The notes: generated by a model not told the origin, from the letters alone. A DNA stretch of 64,000 nt from an uncultured Acidobacteriota bacterium (GCA_963836075.1 CAWIIB010000008.1:160001-224000), one strand, 5' to 3'. Positions 40,934-51,367 are shown, numbered from the stretch's first letter. A program made the numbers and translations.

Positions 40934-40962
40934 ATTGTAGGGATCGCAGCCCATCATGTCAA
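40934..40962 (-). promoter_or_regulatory. Internal sigma70 promoter upstream of murG
   Basis: TTGACA (40962-40957)-17 bp-TACAAT (40939-40934) in an AT-rich ftsW-murG gap. Confidence 0.7.
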
Positions 40963-41027
40963 CGGAATATCCCGTGTTTCCAGATGTTTTCCCGTTTTGC
41001 CGGTACTGAACGCAGCACCACGTCACC

Positions 41028-42122
41028 CTATTTTGAGAATTGCGAGATATTGAGCAGCAGTCCCATGCCGGCCAGGCTGACCACCAGCGAGGAGCCGCCG
41101 CTGGAGATCAGCGGCAGCGGCATCCCGGTGGTGGGCACCAGCCCGGTGGTGACGCTGATATTGGCCAGCCCCTGGAAGACGATCATCATCGTGATGCCGG
41201 CAGCCAGCAGACGGCCGAAGGGATCCCGGGCCCGGCGGGCCGCGTAGAGGCCCCGCCAGAGGATCACCATGTAAAGCCCGAGGATCATCAGGCAGCCGAT
41301 CAGCCCGGTTTCCTCGCCCACCACGCCAAAGATGAAGTCGCTGGTGGGCTGGGGCAGAAAGTGCAGTTTCTGCTGGCCCTGGCCCAGGCCGAGGCCGCTG
41401 ACCCCGCCGGTGGAGATGGCCATCAACGACTGGTTGAGCTGGAACGAGGCCCCCAGCGGGTCGGCTTCCGGGTCGAGGAACGAGGTCAGCCGCTGCAGGC
41501 GGAAGGGCCGCGAGAGGACCAGCAGCACCGCGCCGGCAAGACCGGCGGTGATGGCCGCGGCCAGGCCGGTCCAGCGGGCCCCGGCGAAGTAGAGCACCAT
41601 CAGTCCCACCGCGCCGAGCACCGCCGCCGTGCCCAGGTCCTGGCCCAGGCCCACCAGCACCGCGGCCATGGCCAGCACCGCCAGCCCCACGGCCAGCGAC
41701 TGGCGGTTCTCGCCCGGATGGTTTGCCGGGTCCGAGTAGTAGTAGGCGAAAAAAATGACCACTGCCAGCTTGACCGCCTCCGACGGCTGGAAGGTGGCCG
41801 GTCCAAAGCGGATGAAGCGGTTCACTCCGGCCACGGTGGGCTGGAACAGGGCCCAGACCAGCAGGAGAAAGACCAGCACCAGCCCGCCCCAGGCCAGCAG
41901 CGGGCGGTTCAGTTCCGGGTAGCTGCGCAGGGACATGGCGGCGTACATCGCCGCGCAGCCCAGCGCGGCCAGCAGCAGCTGCTTGGCCAGCGGCGTACCG
42001 ATCCAGATCCCCCGGCCGATGCTCATGGCGGTGGAGGCGCTGGGCACCATCACCAGCCCGGCCAGGATGAGCAGCACCGTGGTGATGAAGAGCAGTGGGT
42101 CAAAGGCCAGTCGTTTCGCCAT
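41028..42122 (-). CDS. ftsW: Peptidoglycan polymerase FtsW
   Basis: FQPSE, DLGT, GQGQQK..FLP...SDFIF...GEE, PLISSGGSS. Confidence 0.95.
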   Translation of the reverse strand: MAKRLAFDPLLFITTVLLILAGLVMVPSASTAMSIGRGIWIGTPLAKQLLLAALGCAAMYAAMSLRSYPELNRPLLAWGGLVLVFLLLVWALFQPTVAGVNRFIRFGPATFQPSEAVKLAVVIFFAYYYSDPANHPGENRQSLAVGLAVLAMAAVLVGLGQDLGTAAVLGAVGLMVLYFAGARWTGLAAAITAGLAGAVLLVLSRPFRLQRLTSFLDPEADPLGASFQLNQSLMAISTGGVSGLGLGQGQQKLHFLPQPTSDFIFGVVGEETGLIGCLMILGLYMVILWRGLYAARRARDPFGRLLAAGITMMIVFQGLANISVTTGLVPTTGMPLPLISSGGSSLVVSLAGMGLLLNISQFSK

Positions 42123-42123
42123 C

Positions 42124-43524
42124 TCAGTCCCCCCCCGCCGCGGCCGCCCGGTCCACCGCGTCCTTGAACAGTTGTCCCCGGTGCTCGAAGTTGTCGAACA
42201 TGTCAAAACTGGCGCAGGCCGGCGAGAGGAGGAGCACGTCCCCCGGGGCGCCGGCGGCCAGCGCCTGCTCCACCGCCTGGTCCATGGAATCGCAGAACGC
42301 GGCGGGGATTGCCGGGTCCATGGCCTCGGCGATCAGCCGGGCGTCGGCACCGATGAGGAAGAGCCCCTTCGCCTTTGCCGCCACCTCCCGGCGCAGCTTG
42401 GAGAAGTCGCCGCCCTTGCCCAGCCCGCCCATGATCAGCAGTACGCGTCCCGGCGCCATGCCGGCCAGCGCCTTCAAGGTGGAGTCCACATTGGTCGCCT
42501 TGGAGTCGTTCACCGCGCGGGTCCCGCGCACCGTGCCCGCCGGCTCCATGCGGTGGGGCAGGGCGCGGAAGTCGGCCACCGCGGCGGCAAAGGTCTGCGG
42601 GCCGATGCCCAGGTGCCCGGCCACCGCGGCCACGGCCAGACTGTTCTCCAGGTTGTGACGGCCCTCCAGGGGGATATCCCCGGCGTTCATCATCACCAGG
42701 TCCTCGTCGGCCAGCCGCACGGTGAGGCGATCCTCCTGCATGTAGGCCCCCTCGGCGCCGGCCTTCGGTTTTCCCCGGCCGGCGGTGAAGAAGAGGCGGC
42801 GCACACCGGGGTTCAGCGAGCCCATGGCCATGGCACGGGTCACCTGGTCGTCGAGGTTGATCACCGCCGCGTCGCCTTCGCCCTGGTTGAGGAAGATCCG
42901 CTCCTTGGCCGCGGAGTAGACCCGCATCTCGCGGTGGCGGTCCAGGTGGTCGGGGGTGATGTTGAGCATCACCGCCACCGCCGGCCGGAAATCGCGCACC
43001 GTCTCCAGCTGGAAACTGCTCAGTTCGGCCACCAGCCAGCCGTCCGCCGGCTCCGGCCCCTCCTGCCCGTCGATCAGGTCCAGCAGCGGCGTGCCGAGAT
43101 TGCCCCCCACCAGGGTGGGCAGGCCGGCCCGCTGCAGCAGGTGGCCGGTGAGCGAGGTCACCGTGGACTTGCCGTTGGAACCGGTGATCCCGATGATCCG
43201 GCGGGAGGTGGCCTGGCCGGCCAGCTCCACTTCGCCGATCACCGGCAGGCCCAGCTTGTTCGCTCCCTGGACCAGCGGGATGGAGGTGGGCACGCCCGGG
43301 CTGAGCACCAGGCAGTCCGCGGCCAGGCAGCGGACCCGGTCGTGGCCGCCGGTCTCCACCGTGGCTCCAGCCGCGCGGAGCTGCTCTGCGGCCTCGCCAA
43401 GTTCCTCTGCGGAGCGGCTGTCGGTGCAGTGCACCAGGGCCCCCCGCGCCAGCAGGTGGCGGGCTGCCGCCCGGCCGCTTGCCCCCAGGCCCACCACTGT
43501 GAAATGCCTGTTCCTCAACTCCAT
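42124..43524 (-). CDS. murD: UDP-N-acetylmuramoyl-L-alanine--D-glutamate ligase
   Basis: SPGV, ITGSNGKST, ELSSFQL, DHLDRH, NDSKATN, LLSPACASFD. Confidence 0.97.
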   Translation of the reverse strand: MELRNRHFTVVGLGASGRAAARHLLARGALVHCTDSRSAEELGEAAEQLRAAGATVETGGHDRVRCLAADCLVLSPGVPTSIPLVQGANKLGLPVIGEVELAGQATSRRIIGITGSNGKSTVTSLTGHLLQRAGLPTLVGGNLGTPLLDLIDGQEGPEPADGWLVAELSSFQLETVRDFRPAVAVMLNITPDHLDRHREMRVYSAAKERIFLNQGEGDAAVINLDDQVTRAMAMGSLNPGVRRLFFTAGRGKPKAGAEGAYMQEDRLTVRLADEDLVMMNAGDIPLEGRHNLENSLAVAAVAGHLGIGPQTFAAAVADFRALPHRMEPAGTVRGTRAVNDSKATNVDSTLKALAGMAPGRVLLIMGGLGKGGDFSKLRREVAAKAKGLFLIGADARLIAEAMDPAIPAAFCDSMDQAVEQALAAGAPGDVLLLSPACASFDMFDNFEHRGQLFKDAVDRAAAAGGD

Positions 43525-43571
43525 TCTTCCTCGTCTCCCCCTGGGCCGCGGCCCGTTTTCCTGCGCCCGGG

Positions 43572-44657
43572 TCAGCGCAGCTTGAGAGTGCTCATGCTGA
43601 CCAGTGCAAAAATAATGGCCAGGATCCAGAAGCGGATCACCACCTGGGGCTCGCTCCAGCCCTTGAGTTCGAAGTGGTGGTGGATCGGCGCCATGCGGAA
43701 GACCCGCTTGCCGGTCCATTTGAAGCTGGCCACCTGGATGATCACCGAGAGGGCCTCCATGACAAAGAGCCCGCCGGCGATGAGCAGCATCAGTTCCTGG
43801 CGGATCACCACCGCCACGGTGCCGATGGCGCCGCCGAGGGCCAGCGAGCCGATGTCGCCCATGAAGATCTGCGCCGGGTGGGCGTTGAACCAGAGAAACC
43901 CCAGACAGGCGCCGATCAGGGCGCCGCAGATCACGGTCACCTCTCCGGCCCCCGGGACGTTGGTGATGTGCAGGTAGCCGGAGACCACGGCGTTACCGGC
44001 GATGTAGGCCAGCACGGTGAACACCGCGGTGGCGATCAGGGTGGAACCGATGGCCAGGCCGTCCAGCCCGTCGGTGAGGTTTACCGCGTTGGACGCCCCG
44101 GTGATCACCAGCATGGCGAAGGGGATGAAGAGCAGCCCCAGTTCCGGTGTCAGCTCTTTGAAGAAGGGCAGGGTCAGCTCGGTGGTGAATTTCCCCTCGA
44201 GGGCCTGGGAGTAGAGGTAGGCCGCGATGCCGAAACTGATCGCCAGCTGCCCGGCCATCTTCAGCCTGGCGCTGAGCCCCTCGTTCCCCTTGCGGGTGAT
44301 CTTGAGAAAATCGTCGATAAATCCGAGGATGCCGAAGGCCACGATGGAGCCGAGGACCACCAGCACCAGCGGGTTGGCGATTTTGGCCCAGAGCAGCACC
44401 GGGATGACCACCGAGGAGAGGATGATGATCCCGCCCATGGTGGGCGTGCCGGTCTTTTTCTGGTGGTTTTTCGGCCCCTCTTCCCGGACCGTCTGCCGCA
44501 CCTGGAACTCGGCCAGGCGGCGGATGATCCACGGCCCCACCACGAAGGAGATCAGCATGGCGGTGAGCGTGGCCGCTGCCGTGCGGAAGGTGATGTAGCG
44601 GAAGACGTTGAGCAGGGTAAAGCTCTCGTGGAACGGGTAGAGGAGGTAGTAGAGCAT
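43572..44657 (-). CDS. mraY: Phospho-N-acetylmuramoyl-pentapeptide transferase
   Basis: TPTMGG, DDFLK, NAVNLTDGLDGL, FMGDIGS, MAPIHHHFE. Confidence 0.98.
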   Translation of the reverse strand: MLYYLLYPFHESFTLLNVFRYITFRTAAATLTAMLISFVVGPWIIRRLAEFQVRQTVREEGPKNHQKKTGTPTMGGIIILSSVVIPVLLWAKIANPLVLVVLGSIVAFGILGFIDDFLKITRKGNEGLSARLKMAGQLAISFGIAAYLYSQALEGKFTTELTLPFFKELTPELGLLFIPFAMLVITGASNAVNLTDGLDGLAIGSTLIATAVFTVLAYIAGNAVVSGYLHITNVPGAGEVTVICGALIGACLGFLWFNAHPAQIFMGDIGSLALGGAIGTVAVVIRQELMLLIAGGLFVMEALSVIIQVASFKWTGKRVFRMAPIHHHFELKGWSEPQVVIRFWILAIIFALVSMSTLKLR

Positions 44658-46116
44658 CAGTCCGTCCTTTCGTCTTCCGGCCGGCTGCCGGTCACCAGCC
44701 GCACCACTGCTTCCATGCCCACGCCGCGGGACCCCTTGACCAGCAGCAGGTCCCCCGGTTCGAGGGACGCGGCGAGGAACCGGCCCGCCGCGTCGGCCGT
44801 GTCAAAGGTGTGAACGTTGTCGTCGTCAATTCCGCCGTCCTTCGCCCCGGCGGCCGTTTCTGCGGCCCGGGCGCCCACGGCAACCAGCAGGCTGAACCCC
44901 GACAGGGCGGCCAGCCGGCCCACCTCGTGGTGCGCCGCTGCGGCGCCGGGCCCCAGCTCCAGCATGTCACCCAGGGCGGCCACCCGCCGGCCGGTGGTGG
45001 CGCTGCGCCCCAGCATCTCCAGCACCGCGGCCATGGCCTGCGGGTTGGCGTTGTAGCTGTCGTCGTAGAGGGTGATGCCGTTGTCCAGCCGGCTCACCGT
45101 GCCCCGCATGCGATACGGCCGGAGCCCGGCGACGGCGTCCCTGGCGCTCCGGGGGTCGAGGCCCGCGGCGCGGACCACAGCCAGACCGGCCAGCAGGTTG
45201 TAGAGGTTGTGCCGGCCGGCCAGGGGGCTGATCCAGCGGCCTGCCGCCGCGCCGTCCAGCAGCAGGGTGAAGCGCACGCCGTCCAGGCCCAGCAGCTCGA
45301 CCTCCGCGGCGGCCACGTCCGCCGGCCGCTCCATGCCAAAGGTCACCGCCCGGCATCCGGGGGGGGAGTCATGCCGGCCACCAGCTGGTCGTCGGCGTTG
45401 AGCACCGCCGTGGCGCCGGGAGCCAGCCCGTCCACCAGTTTGCCCTTTTCCGCGGCGATGCCGTCCAGCGAGGTGAAATTTTCCAGGTGCACCGGGTTGA
45501 CATTGAGCACCACCCCCACGTCGGGCCGGGCGATTTCCACCAGCCGCGGCATCTCGTCCGGGGTGCTGATTCCCAGCTCGCAGACCGCCCGGCGGTGTTC
45601 GGGGCCGAGACGCAGCAGGGTCAGGGGCAGGCCGTAGTGGTTGTTCAGGTTGCCCGTGGAGGAGAGCACCGGGCCGTGGCCGGCCAGCAGGGCGGCGCTG
45701 ATCTCCTTGGCGCTGGTCTTGCCGCAGCTGCCGGTGATCCCCACCAGGGTGAGCGGGCTGACCAGGGTGCGCACATGGGCCGCCAGGTCCTGCAGGGCCC
45801 TGGTGGTGTCCGGGACGTGGATCAGGGCCGCTCCGCCGGCGGGGTCCCGGGGGGGGCTGGAGACAACCAGCGCCCGGGCCCCGGCGCCTTCTGCCGCTCC
45901 GAGGAAGCGGTGGGCGTCGTGGTTCGGCCCGACGATGGCGAAGAACAGCTCGCCGCCGCGCAGCGACCGGGTGTCGATGGAGTAGCGGCTGACCGTGTCG
46001 CCGGGGGCGCCGCCGGACAGGGTCCCGCCCATCGCCCGGGTGCAGTCGCCCAGGGTCAGTTGCAGCGGGGGCCACTGCGTCGCGGCGGCGCCGGCCATTT
46101 CAGTCCCGGTGTTCAT
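44657..46116 (-). CDS. murF: UDP-MurNAc-tripeptide--D-Ala-D-Ala ligase; 1-nt frameshift in the G8 run at 45359-45366
   Basis: N-half (IDTR, ITGSCGKTS, NLNNHYG, EKG) in ORF 45343-46116; C-half (DDSYNANP, LGDMLELG, KGSRG) in ORF 44657-46075. Confidence 0.93.
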
Positions 46117-47626
46117 CCTGTTCGTCTCCGGTGATCAGCGCGTTCACCACTTCCCGGTCGTCAAAGTGAATCGTGTCGCGGCCCAGGATCTGATAGTCCT
46201 CGTGCCCCTTGCCGGCCACCACCACCGTGTCGCCCGCCCGGGCCAGGTCGAGGGCGGCGGCGATGGCTCTGCGCCGGTCCGGCTCCACGGTGACCCCGGT
46301 GCCGCTGTCGGCTCCCTGGCGGACGCCTTCCTCCACCTGGGCAATGATGGCCAGCGGATCCTCGGTTCGCGGGTTGTCCGAGGTGAGCACCACGTGGTCG
46401 CTGAGGTTGGCCGCGGTGCGGCCCATCAACGGCCGTTTGCCCGGGTCGCGGTCGCCGCCGCAGCCGAAGAGGGTGATCAGCCGTCCGTTGCCGGTGAGCT
46501 CGCGCATCGAGCCCAGCAGGTGGCTCAGCGCGTCGTCGGTGTGGGCGTAGTCCACCACCACCCGGTACCCCCGGGGGGCGGCGATCAGCTGAAAGCGGCC
46601 GGGGACGCCGCCAAAGGCCGCGGCTCCGGCGGCTACCGCCGCGGGCGGCAGCCCCAGCTGGAGGCAGACCGCCGCCGCCAGCAGGAGGTTCACCGCGTTG
46701 GTCCGTCCGATCATCGGCGAGTGCAGGGCCAGCGGTTTTTCCAGGAGCGAGCCGTGGATTTCCATCCGGATGCCTGACCAGTCCACCACGGTGGAAAGGG
46801 CCCGGACATCGGCGCCGGCGGTTGACCCGCAGCGCAGCACCGTCCCCTGGAGCTCGCCGGCCAGCCGGGCCCCTGCCGGATCATCGATGTTGACCACCGC
46901 GGCGCCGTCCTCCCGGCGCAGATTGCTGAACAGCTTCTTCTTTGCCCGGTAGTAGCGTTCCATGTCCAGGTGGTAGTCCAGGTGGTCTCGGGAGAGATTG
47001 CTGAAGGCCGCCGTGCGGAACCGCGCGCCGGCCACCCGTTCCCGTTCCAGGGCGTGGGAGGAGACCTCCATGACGCAGTGGCTGCAGCCGGCATCCCGCA
47101 TCCGGGCCAGCAAGGCGTAGAAGCGGTCCGCCTCGGGGGTGGTCAGGGCGGCCCGTTCGCGCCGGTCGCCGGCCAGCACTTCCACGCCGCCGATCAGGCC
47201 GCATTGGAAGCCGGCGGCCCGCAGCATCCGGTGTACCAGGTGGACGGTGGTGGTCTTGCCATTGGTGCCGGTGACCCCCACCAGCGTGAGGGCCGTGTCC
47301 GGCTCCCGGTGGCAGCGGCGGGCCAGGACGGCCAGGGCCTGGCGCGGGTCGGACACGGTGATCCAGGCCGCGGCTCCGGGCAGCGGCGAGGGCGGCGGGT
47401 CTTCGCTGACCACCGCCGGGGCGCCGGCTGCCGCGGCCCTTTCGGCGAAGCGGTTGCCGTCGAAGCGTTCGCCGCGCAGGGCGACGAAGAGCACACCCGC
47501 GGAGACCTCCCGCGAATCCTGGGTCACACCGCTGACCGGCTGCGCCAGGTCGCCGGCGGTGCCCAGCACCGGGAGGTCCTGCAGCAGCTGTTCGACTGTC
47601 AGTGGCTCTGGGATCATCTCTTTCAC
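46100..47626 (-). CDS. murE: UDP-MurNAc-dipeptide--meso-DAP ligase
   Basis: VTGTNGKTT, TTPE, MEVSSH, DYAHT, SDNPRTE (DAP-type), AGKGHE. Confidence 0.97.
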   Translation of the reverse strand: MKEMIPEPLTVEQLLQDLPVLGTAGDLAQPVSGVTQDSREVSAGVLFVALRGERFDGNRFAERAAAAGAPAVVSEDPPPSPLPGAAAWITVSDPRQALAVLARRCHREPDTALTLVGVTGTNGKTTTVHLVHRMLRAAGFQCGLIGGVEVLAGDRRERAALTTPEADRFYALLARMRDAGCSHCVMEVSSHALERERVAGARFRTAAFSNLSRDHLDYHLDMERYYRAKKKLFSNLRREDGAAVVNIDDPAGARLAGELQGTVLRCGSTAGADVRALSTVVDWSGIRMEIHGSLLEKPLALHSPMIGRTNAVNLLLAAAVCLQLGLPPAAVAAGAAAFGGVPGRFQLIAAPRGYRVVVDYAHTDDALSHLLGSMRELTGNGRLITLFGCGGDRDPGKRPLMGRTAANLSDHVVLTSDNPRTEDPLAIIAQVEEGVRQGADSGTGVTVEPDRRRAIAAALDLARAGDTVVVAGKGHEDYQILGRDTIHFDDREVVNALITGDEQDEHRD

Positions 47627-47644
47627 TCAGTCTGCCCGCTGGTT

Positions 47645-49378
47645 CTATCCGGCGTCACCCCGCGCCACCGGCCGGCGAAGTTCGGCCACCAGGATCTCAT
47701 CGAGGCCGGAGGGCACGGCGAGGCGCCGCAGCGTCGCCTCCACCACCTCGCGGAACACCGGAGCCGCCACCTGGCCGCCGTGGTAGTGGGGTCGCCGTAC
47801 CTCGCTGAATACCGCCACCACCGCGATCCGCGGCTGGTGATACGGCGCGAAACCGGCAAAGGACGCCACGAAGCGTGAATCAGAATACTTCCCGTCGATG
47901 ATCATCTGCGCCGTGCCGGTCTTGCCGGCGGTCTGGTAGTGTTGGGAGGCGGCCTGCCCGCCGGTACCGTGCTCCACCACGCCGGCCATCATCTCGCGCA
48001 GCAGGGCCGCGGTCTTTTCCGATATGGCCCGGCCCTCGATCTCCGGCTTGAAGCGGCGAACCTGGCGGCCTTCGCGGTCCTGGATCCGGATCACCAGCCG
48101 GGGGACCCGCAGCTGGCCGTCGGCGGCGATGGCCGCCACCGCCCGGCAGAGCTGCAAGGGTGTCACGCTGATCTCCTGGCCGAAGGAGATGGTGGCGCAG
48201 GTGCGGTCCGACCAGCTCTGCGCCGGTTGGACCAGCCCCTTCTCTTCCCAGGGCAGCTGGATGCCGGTTTTGCGCCCGAAGCCGAAGGCGGTGATCATCC
48301 GGTGCAACCGCTCGCTGCCCGCCATCATCCCCACCTTCATCGCCCCCACATTGCTCGATTTGGCGATGATCTCGGCCGGGGTGAGCTTGTCGAAAGATTT
48401 GTGGTCCTTGATCCACCGGCCGCCCACCTTCAGCCCGCCCCGCCCGCAGTCGATCTTCTGCTCCAGGTCCAGCAGGCCGGCTTCCAGGGCGGCGGCCATG
48501 GTGATCAGTTTGAAGGTGGAGCCCGGTTCGTAGAACCGGGAGACCGCCCGGTTGGCCATCAGGTCCAGGTCGTAGTGGCCGTAGTCGTTGGGATCGAAGC
48601 CGGGCCGGTTGGCCATGGCCAGGACGTCGCCGTTCCAGACATCCATCACCACCACCGTGCCGGATGCCGCGCCGCTCTCGGCCATCGTCTTTTCCAGCGC
48701 CTTCTCGGCGTGATACTGGATCACCTCGTCGATGGTCAGCACCAGGTCGTATCCCGCCGTGGCCGGGCGTTCCCCGGGACCGTAGCTCCGGCCCAGGGCG
48801 TCGCGGCGGACCAGCCAGCGGCCGTCCTTTCCGGCGATGTCCCTGTCGAACTGCTCCTCCACCCCGTATTTGCCGCTGTTCACCAGGTCGGTGTAGCCGA
48901 GCACGTGGCAGGCCAGCTGATCCTGGGGGTAGTGGCGGTCGTTCTCCTGTCTGAAACCGACGCCAGTCAGGTTGAGGGCGCGGACCTGGTCCGCCACCTG
49001 GGGGGTCACCATGCGCTTGACGTAGGTTTCCGAGCAGTTCATACGGCATTTCTCGATGACCGTCTGGCGCTCCAGGCCGAGGACGTCGTTCAGCGCGCTG
49101 GCGATGTGGTAGATATTGGTCACCCGCGCCGGTTCGATGACCACGGTGTCCGCCTTGCGGCTCACCGCCAGCAACTGCCCGTTGCGGTCGAGGATCGAGC
49201 CGCGGGCGGCGGGGATTTTCTGGGTCCGTTCCTGCTGGGAGACGGCCTTCTTGCAGAACTTCCCGTGCTGCAGCAGCTGCAGGTCCACCAGGCGCCAGGC
49301 GATGATCACCGCCCAGGCGGCCAGCACCAGGCCGACAAACAGAATCCGCTTCACGCTGACGGTGTCCTTCCTGTTCAC
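47645..49378 (-). CDS. ftsI: Class B penicillin-binding protein FtsI (PBP3)
   Basis: RGSILDRNG, EPGSTFK (SxxK), SSN, KTGT. Confidence 0.93.
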   Translation of the reverse strand: MNRKDTVSVKRILFVGLVLAAWAVIIAWRLVDLQLLQHGKFCKKAVSQQERTQKIPAARGSILDRNGQLLAVSRKADTVVIEPARVTNIYHIASALNDVLGLERQTVIEKCRMNCSETYVKRMVTPQVADQVRALNLTGVGFRQENDRHYPQDQLACHVLGYTDLVNSGKYGVEEQFDRDIAGKDGRWLVRRDALGRSYGPGERPATAGYDLVLTIDEVIQYHAEKALEKTMAESGAASGTVVVMDVWNGDVLAMANRPGFDPNDYGHYDLDLMANRAVSRFYEPGSTFKLITMAAALEAGLLDLEQKIDCGRGGLKVGGRWIKDHKSFDKLTPAEIIAKSSNVGAMKVGMMAGSERLHRMITAFGFGRKTGIQLPWEEKGLVQPAQSWSDRTCATISFGQEISVTPLQLCRAVAAIAADGQLRVPRLVIRIQDREGRQVRRFKPEIEGRAISEKTAALLREMMAGVVEHGTGGQAASQHYQTAGKTGTAQMIIDGKYSDSRFVASFAGFAPYHQPRIAVVAVFSEVRRPHYHGGQVAAPVFREVVEATLRRLAVPSGLDEILVAELRRPVARGDAG

Positions 49379-49819
49379 TTAGTCCTCCCCGGCGGTCTCC
49401 GCCGCCATCATCCCGTCCCTGACGTAGCAGTGCACCACCTGCCCCGTGGCCGGCTCGCGCAGACCGAGGTCGCCCAACGCCGCCGCCCGGACCAGCTCCA
49501 GCGAGCGGGCGCTGGAAACGTCCCCGCGCAGCCCCCCGGTCTTGTCCTCCATCCGCAGCAGGGCCGATTCCAGGCGGGCGATTTCGTAGTCCAGGCGCCG
49601 GTTCTCCATCCGGGTCCAAAAGAGGACCACCAGCGAGAAGAAGAGCATGGTGGCCACCAGGGTGAAGAGACCCAGGCGGCGGTTCCTCCGGCGGTCCTTG
49701 ATCCCGGTGAGCTGGGAATTGCGCACCTTTTTACGGAAGTCGTCGGAGGGGGGTTTTCTCCGTCCACCCCCGGGGCGGTCGGGCCGGTAAATGGTCAGCG
49801 CCGGATTCCTGTTGCTCAT
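49379..49819 (-). CDS. ftsL: Cell division protein FtsL-like
   Basis: Single TM helix plus coiled coil between rsmH and ftsI. Confidence 0.7.
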   Translation of the reverse strand: MSNRNPALTIYRPDRPGGGRRKPPSDDFRKKVRNSQLTGIKDRRRNRRLGLFTLVATMLFFSLVVLFWTRMENRRLDYEIARLESALLRMEDKTGGLRGDVSSARSLELVRAAALGDLGLREPATGQVVHCYVRDGMMAAETAGED

Positions 49820-49848
49820 GTTCGTATCTCCCTCAACTCACGTTGGTC

Positions 49849-50790
49849 TCACGTGTCCGTGTCAGTTCTTTTCAGCCCCCGGAGTCTGGCGCTCCGGCTG
49901 CGCGGGTTCTGCTGCCGTTCCTCCTCCCCCGGTGTGATCGACTTTGCCGGGTGCCGGGCAAAGGGGGACGAGCCGTGACCGCAGACGCAGACCGGCAGGC
50001 CCGGGGGGCAGGTGCAGGGTCTGGTCAGCCGGGTGAAGGTCCGCTTCACCGCCCGGTCCTCCAGCGAGTGGTAGGCGATCACCGCCAGCACCCCGCCGTC
50101 GGCCAGCATGCCGGCAGCGGTTTCCAGGAACCGTTCCAGGCCGTCCAGCTCGCGGTTCACCGCGATGCGCACCGCCTGAAACGTGCGGGTGGCCGGGTCG
50201 GTGCGCCGCCCCTGCCGCGGGCCGGTCACCGAGTGGACGGCCCGGCGGAGGTCGCCGGTGCTGCGCAGCGGCTCGCGCTCGCGCTGCCGGACGATGGCCC
50301 GGGCGATGGCTCGGGCCCGGGGCTCCTGGCCGTAGCGCCGCAGAATGCCGGCCAGCTGCTTTTCCGGAAGGCTGTTCAGCATCGCGGCCGCCCCTTCGCC
50401 GCTGCTCCGGTCGTAGCGCATGTCCAGCGGCCCGTCGTGACGGAAGCTGAACCCCCGGCCCGGGTCGTCCAGCTGCAGCGAGGAAAGCCCCAGGTCGGCC
50501 AGGATGCCGTCGGCCCTCAATCCCGGTTCCCGCTCGGCCAGCGTGCGGTAGTCGCCGTGGTGCAGGGTCACCCGGTCACCAAAGGCGGTGAGCCGTTTCG
50601 CCGCCAGGGCCAGGGTTTCGGCATCGCGGTCGAACCCCACCAGCCGCCCGTCCGGCGCTGAACGCCCGAGTATTTCTCTGGAGTGCCCTCCGGGGCCCAC
50701 GGTGCAATCCACGTAAACGCCCTCCGGCCGGGGTGCCAGCAGCTCGGCCGTTTCGGCGAGCAATACCGGTTGGTGCACACCCTCGGTCAT
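49849..50790 (-). CDS. rsmH: 16S rRNA m4C1402 methyltransferase
   Basis: HQPVL, DCTVGPGGHS, DLGLSS.QLD, GPLDMR, FQAVRIAVN, NPRSRSARLR. Confidence 0.97.
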   Translation of the reverse strand: MTEGVHQPVLLAETAELLAPRPEGVYVDCTVGPGGHSREILGRSAPDGRLVGFDRDAETLALAAKRLTAFGDRVTLHHGDYRTLAEREPGLRADGILADLGLSSLQLDDPGRGFSFRHDGPLDMRYDRSSGEGAAAMLNSLPEKQLAGILRRYGQEPRARAIARAIVRQREREPLRSTGDLRRAVHSVTGPRQGRRTDPATRTFQAVRIAVNRELDGLERFLETAAGMLADGGVLAVIAYHSLEDRAVKRTFTRLTRPCTCPPGLPVCVCGHGSSPFARHPAKSITPGEEERQQNPRSRSARLRGLKRTDTDT

Positions 50791-50935
50791 GGTGACAGTT
50801 CTCCCCTGTGGCCCGGTGTGGAGAATCATTCCGGATGCTGATTGGAGACAGTGCCGGTTTAGCTCTGGTGCGGACTGACGGAAACGGCTGGCCGCGGCCC
50901 CCGAATCCCTCAGGGGGATCAGGGGGCCGCCTCCC

Positions 50936-51316
50936 CTATGCTGTCTGGGGCAGGACGGAGGCCGTCGGCGTCGCGGCCGGGTAGATCTTGTGCAGGTAGC
51001 ACTCCTCTGATGCGTCAAAAATCTCGAACTGGCAGTTCACGTCCATCAGCTGCAGAATGTCCTTGAGATACGGATTGAGGCGGGTGACACAGATCCCCCC
51101 GAACCTGTTCCTCACCTTCCGCGCACATTCAACCAGTTCGTGGAGGCTGCCATACTGGATGTGCAGAACCTGTTCCATATCCAGAACAAAGAACTGGAAT
51201 GACTCAAGAAGCAGATCCTCGATCTGCTGCCGGATCTGTTTCATGGCGCAATAATCTATTTCACCCGACAGCTCCAGGACGGCGCTTTTCACGTCGTTGT
51301 GCCTGATAACCCTCAC
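50936..51316 (-). CDS. STAS-domain (anti-sigma antagonist-like) protein
   Basis: LELSGEID, FVLDMEQVLHI, RNRFGGI..LNPY..IL; GGAGGT RBS and GTG start. Confidence 0.85.
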   Translation of the reverse strand: MRVIRHNDVKSAVLELSGEIDYCAMKQIRQQIEDLLLESFQFFVLDMEQVLHIQYGSLHELVECARKVRNRFGGICVTRLNPYLKDILQLMDVNCQFEIFDASEECYLHKIYPAATPTASVLPQTA

Positions 51317-51367
51317 CGCGATTCACCTCCCTTCCACATGTTGAACAGACCGCTGATATCCCCGAAA

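Noticed and set aside
44657-46116. murF pseudogene or programmed frameshift
   Set aside because: Essential gene with both halves intact; the break lies in a homopolymer, so a sequencing error is more likely.
47623-49619. Frameshifted ftsI suggested by overlapping ORFs 47623-47859 and 47880-49619
   Set aside because: ORF 47645-49378 contains all transpeptidase motifs in one frame.
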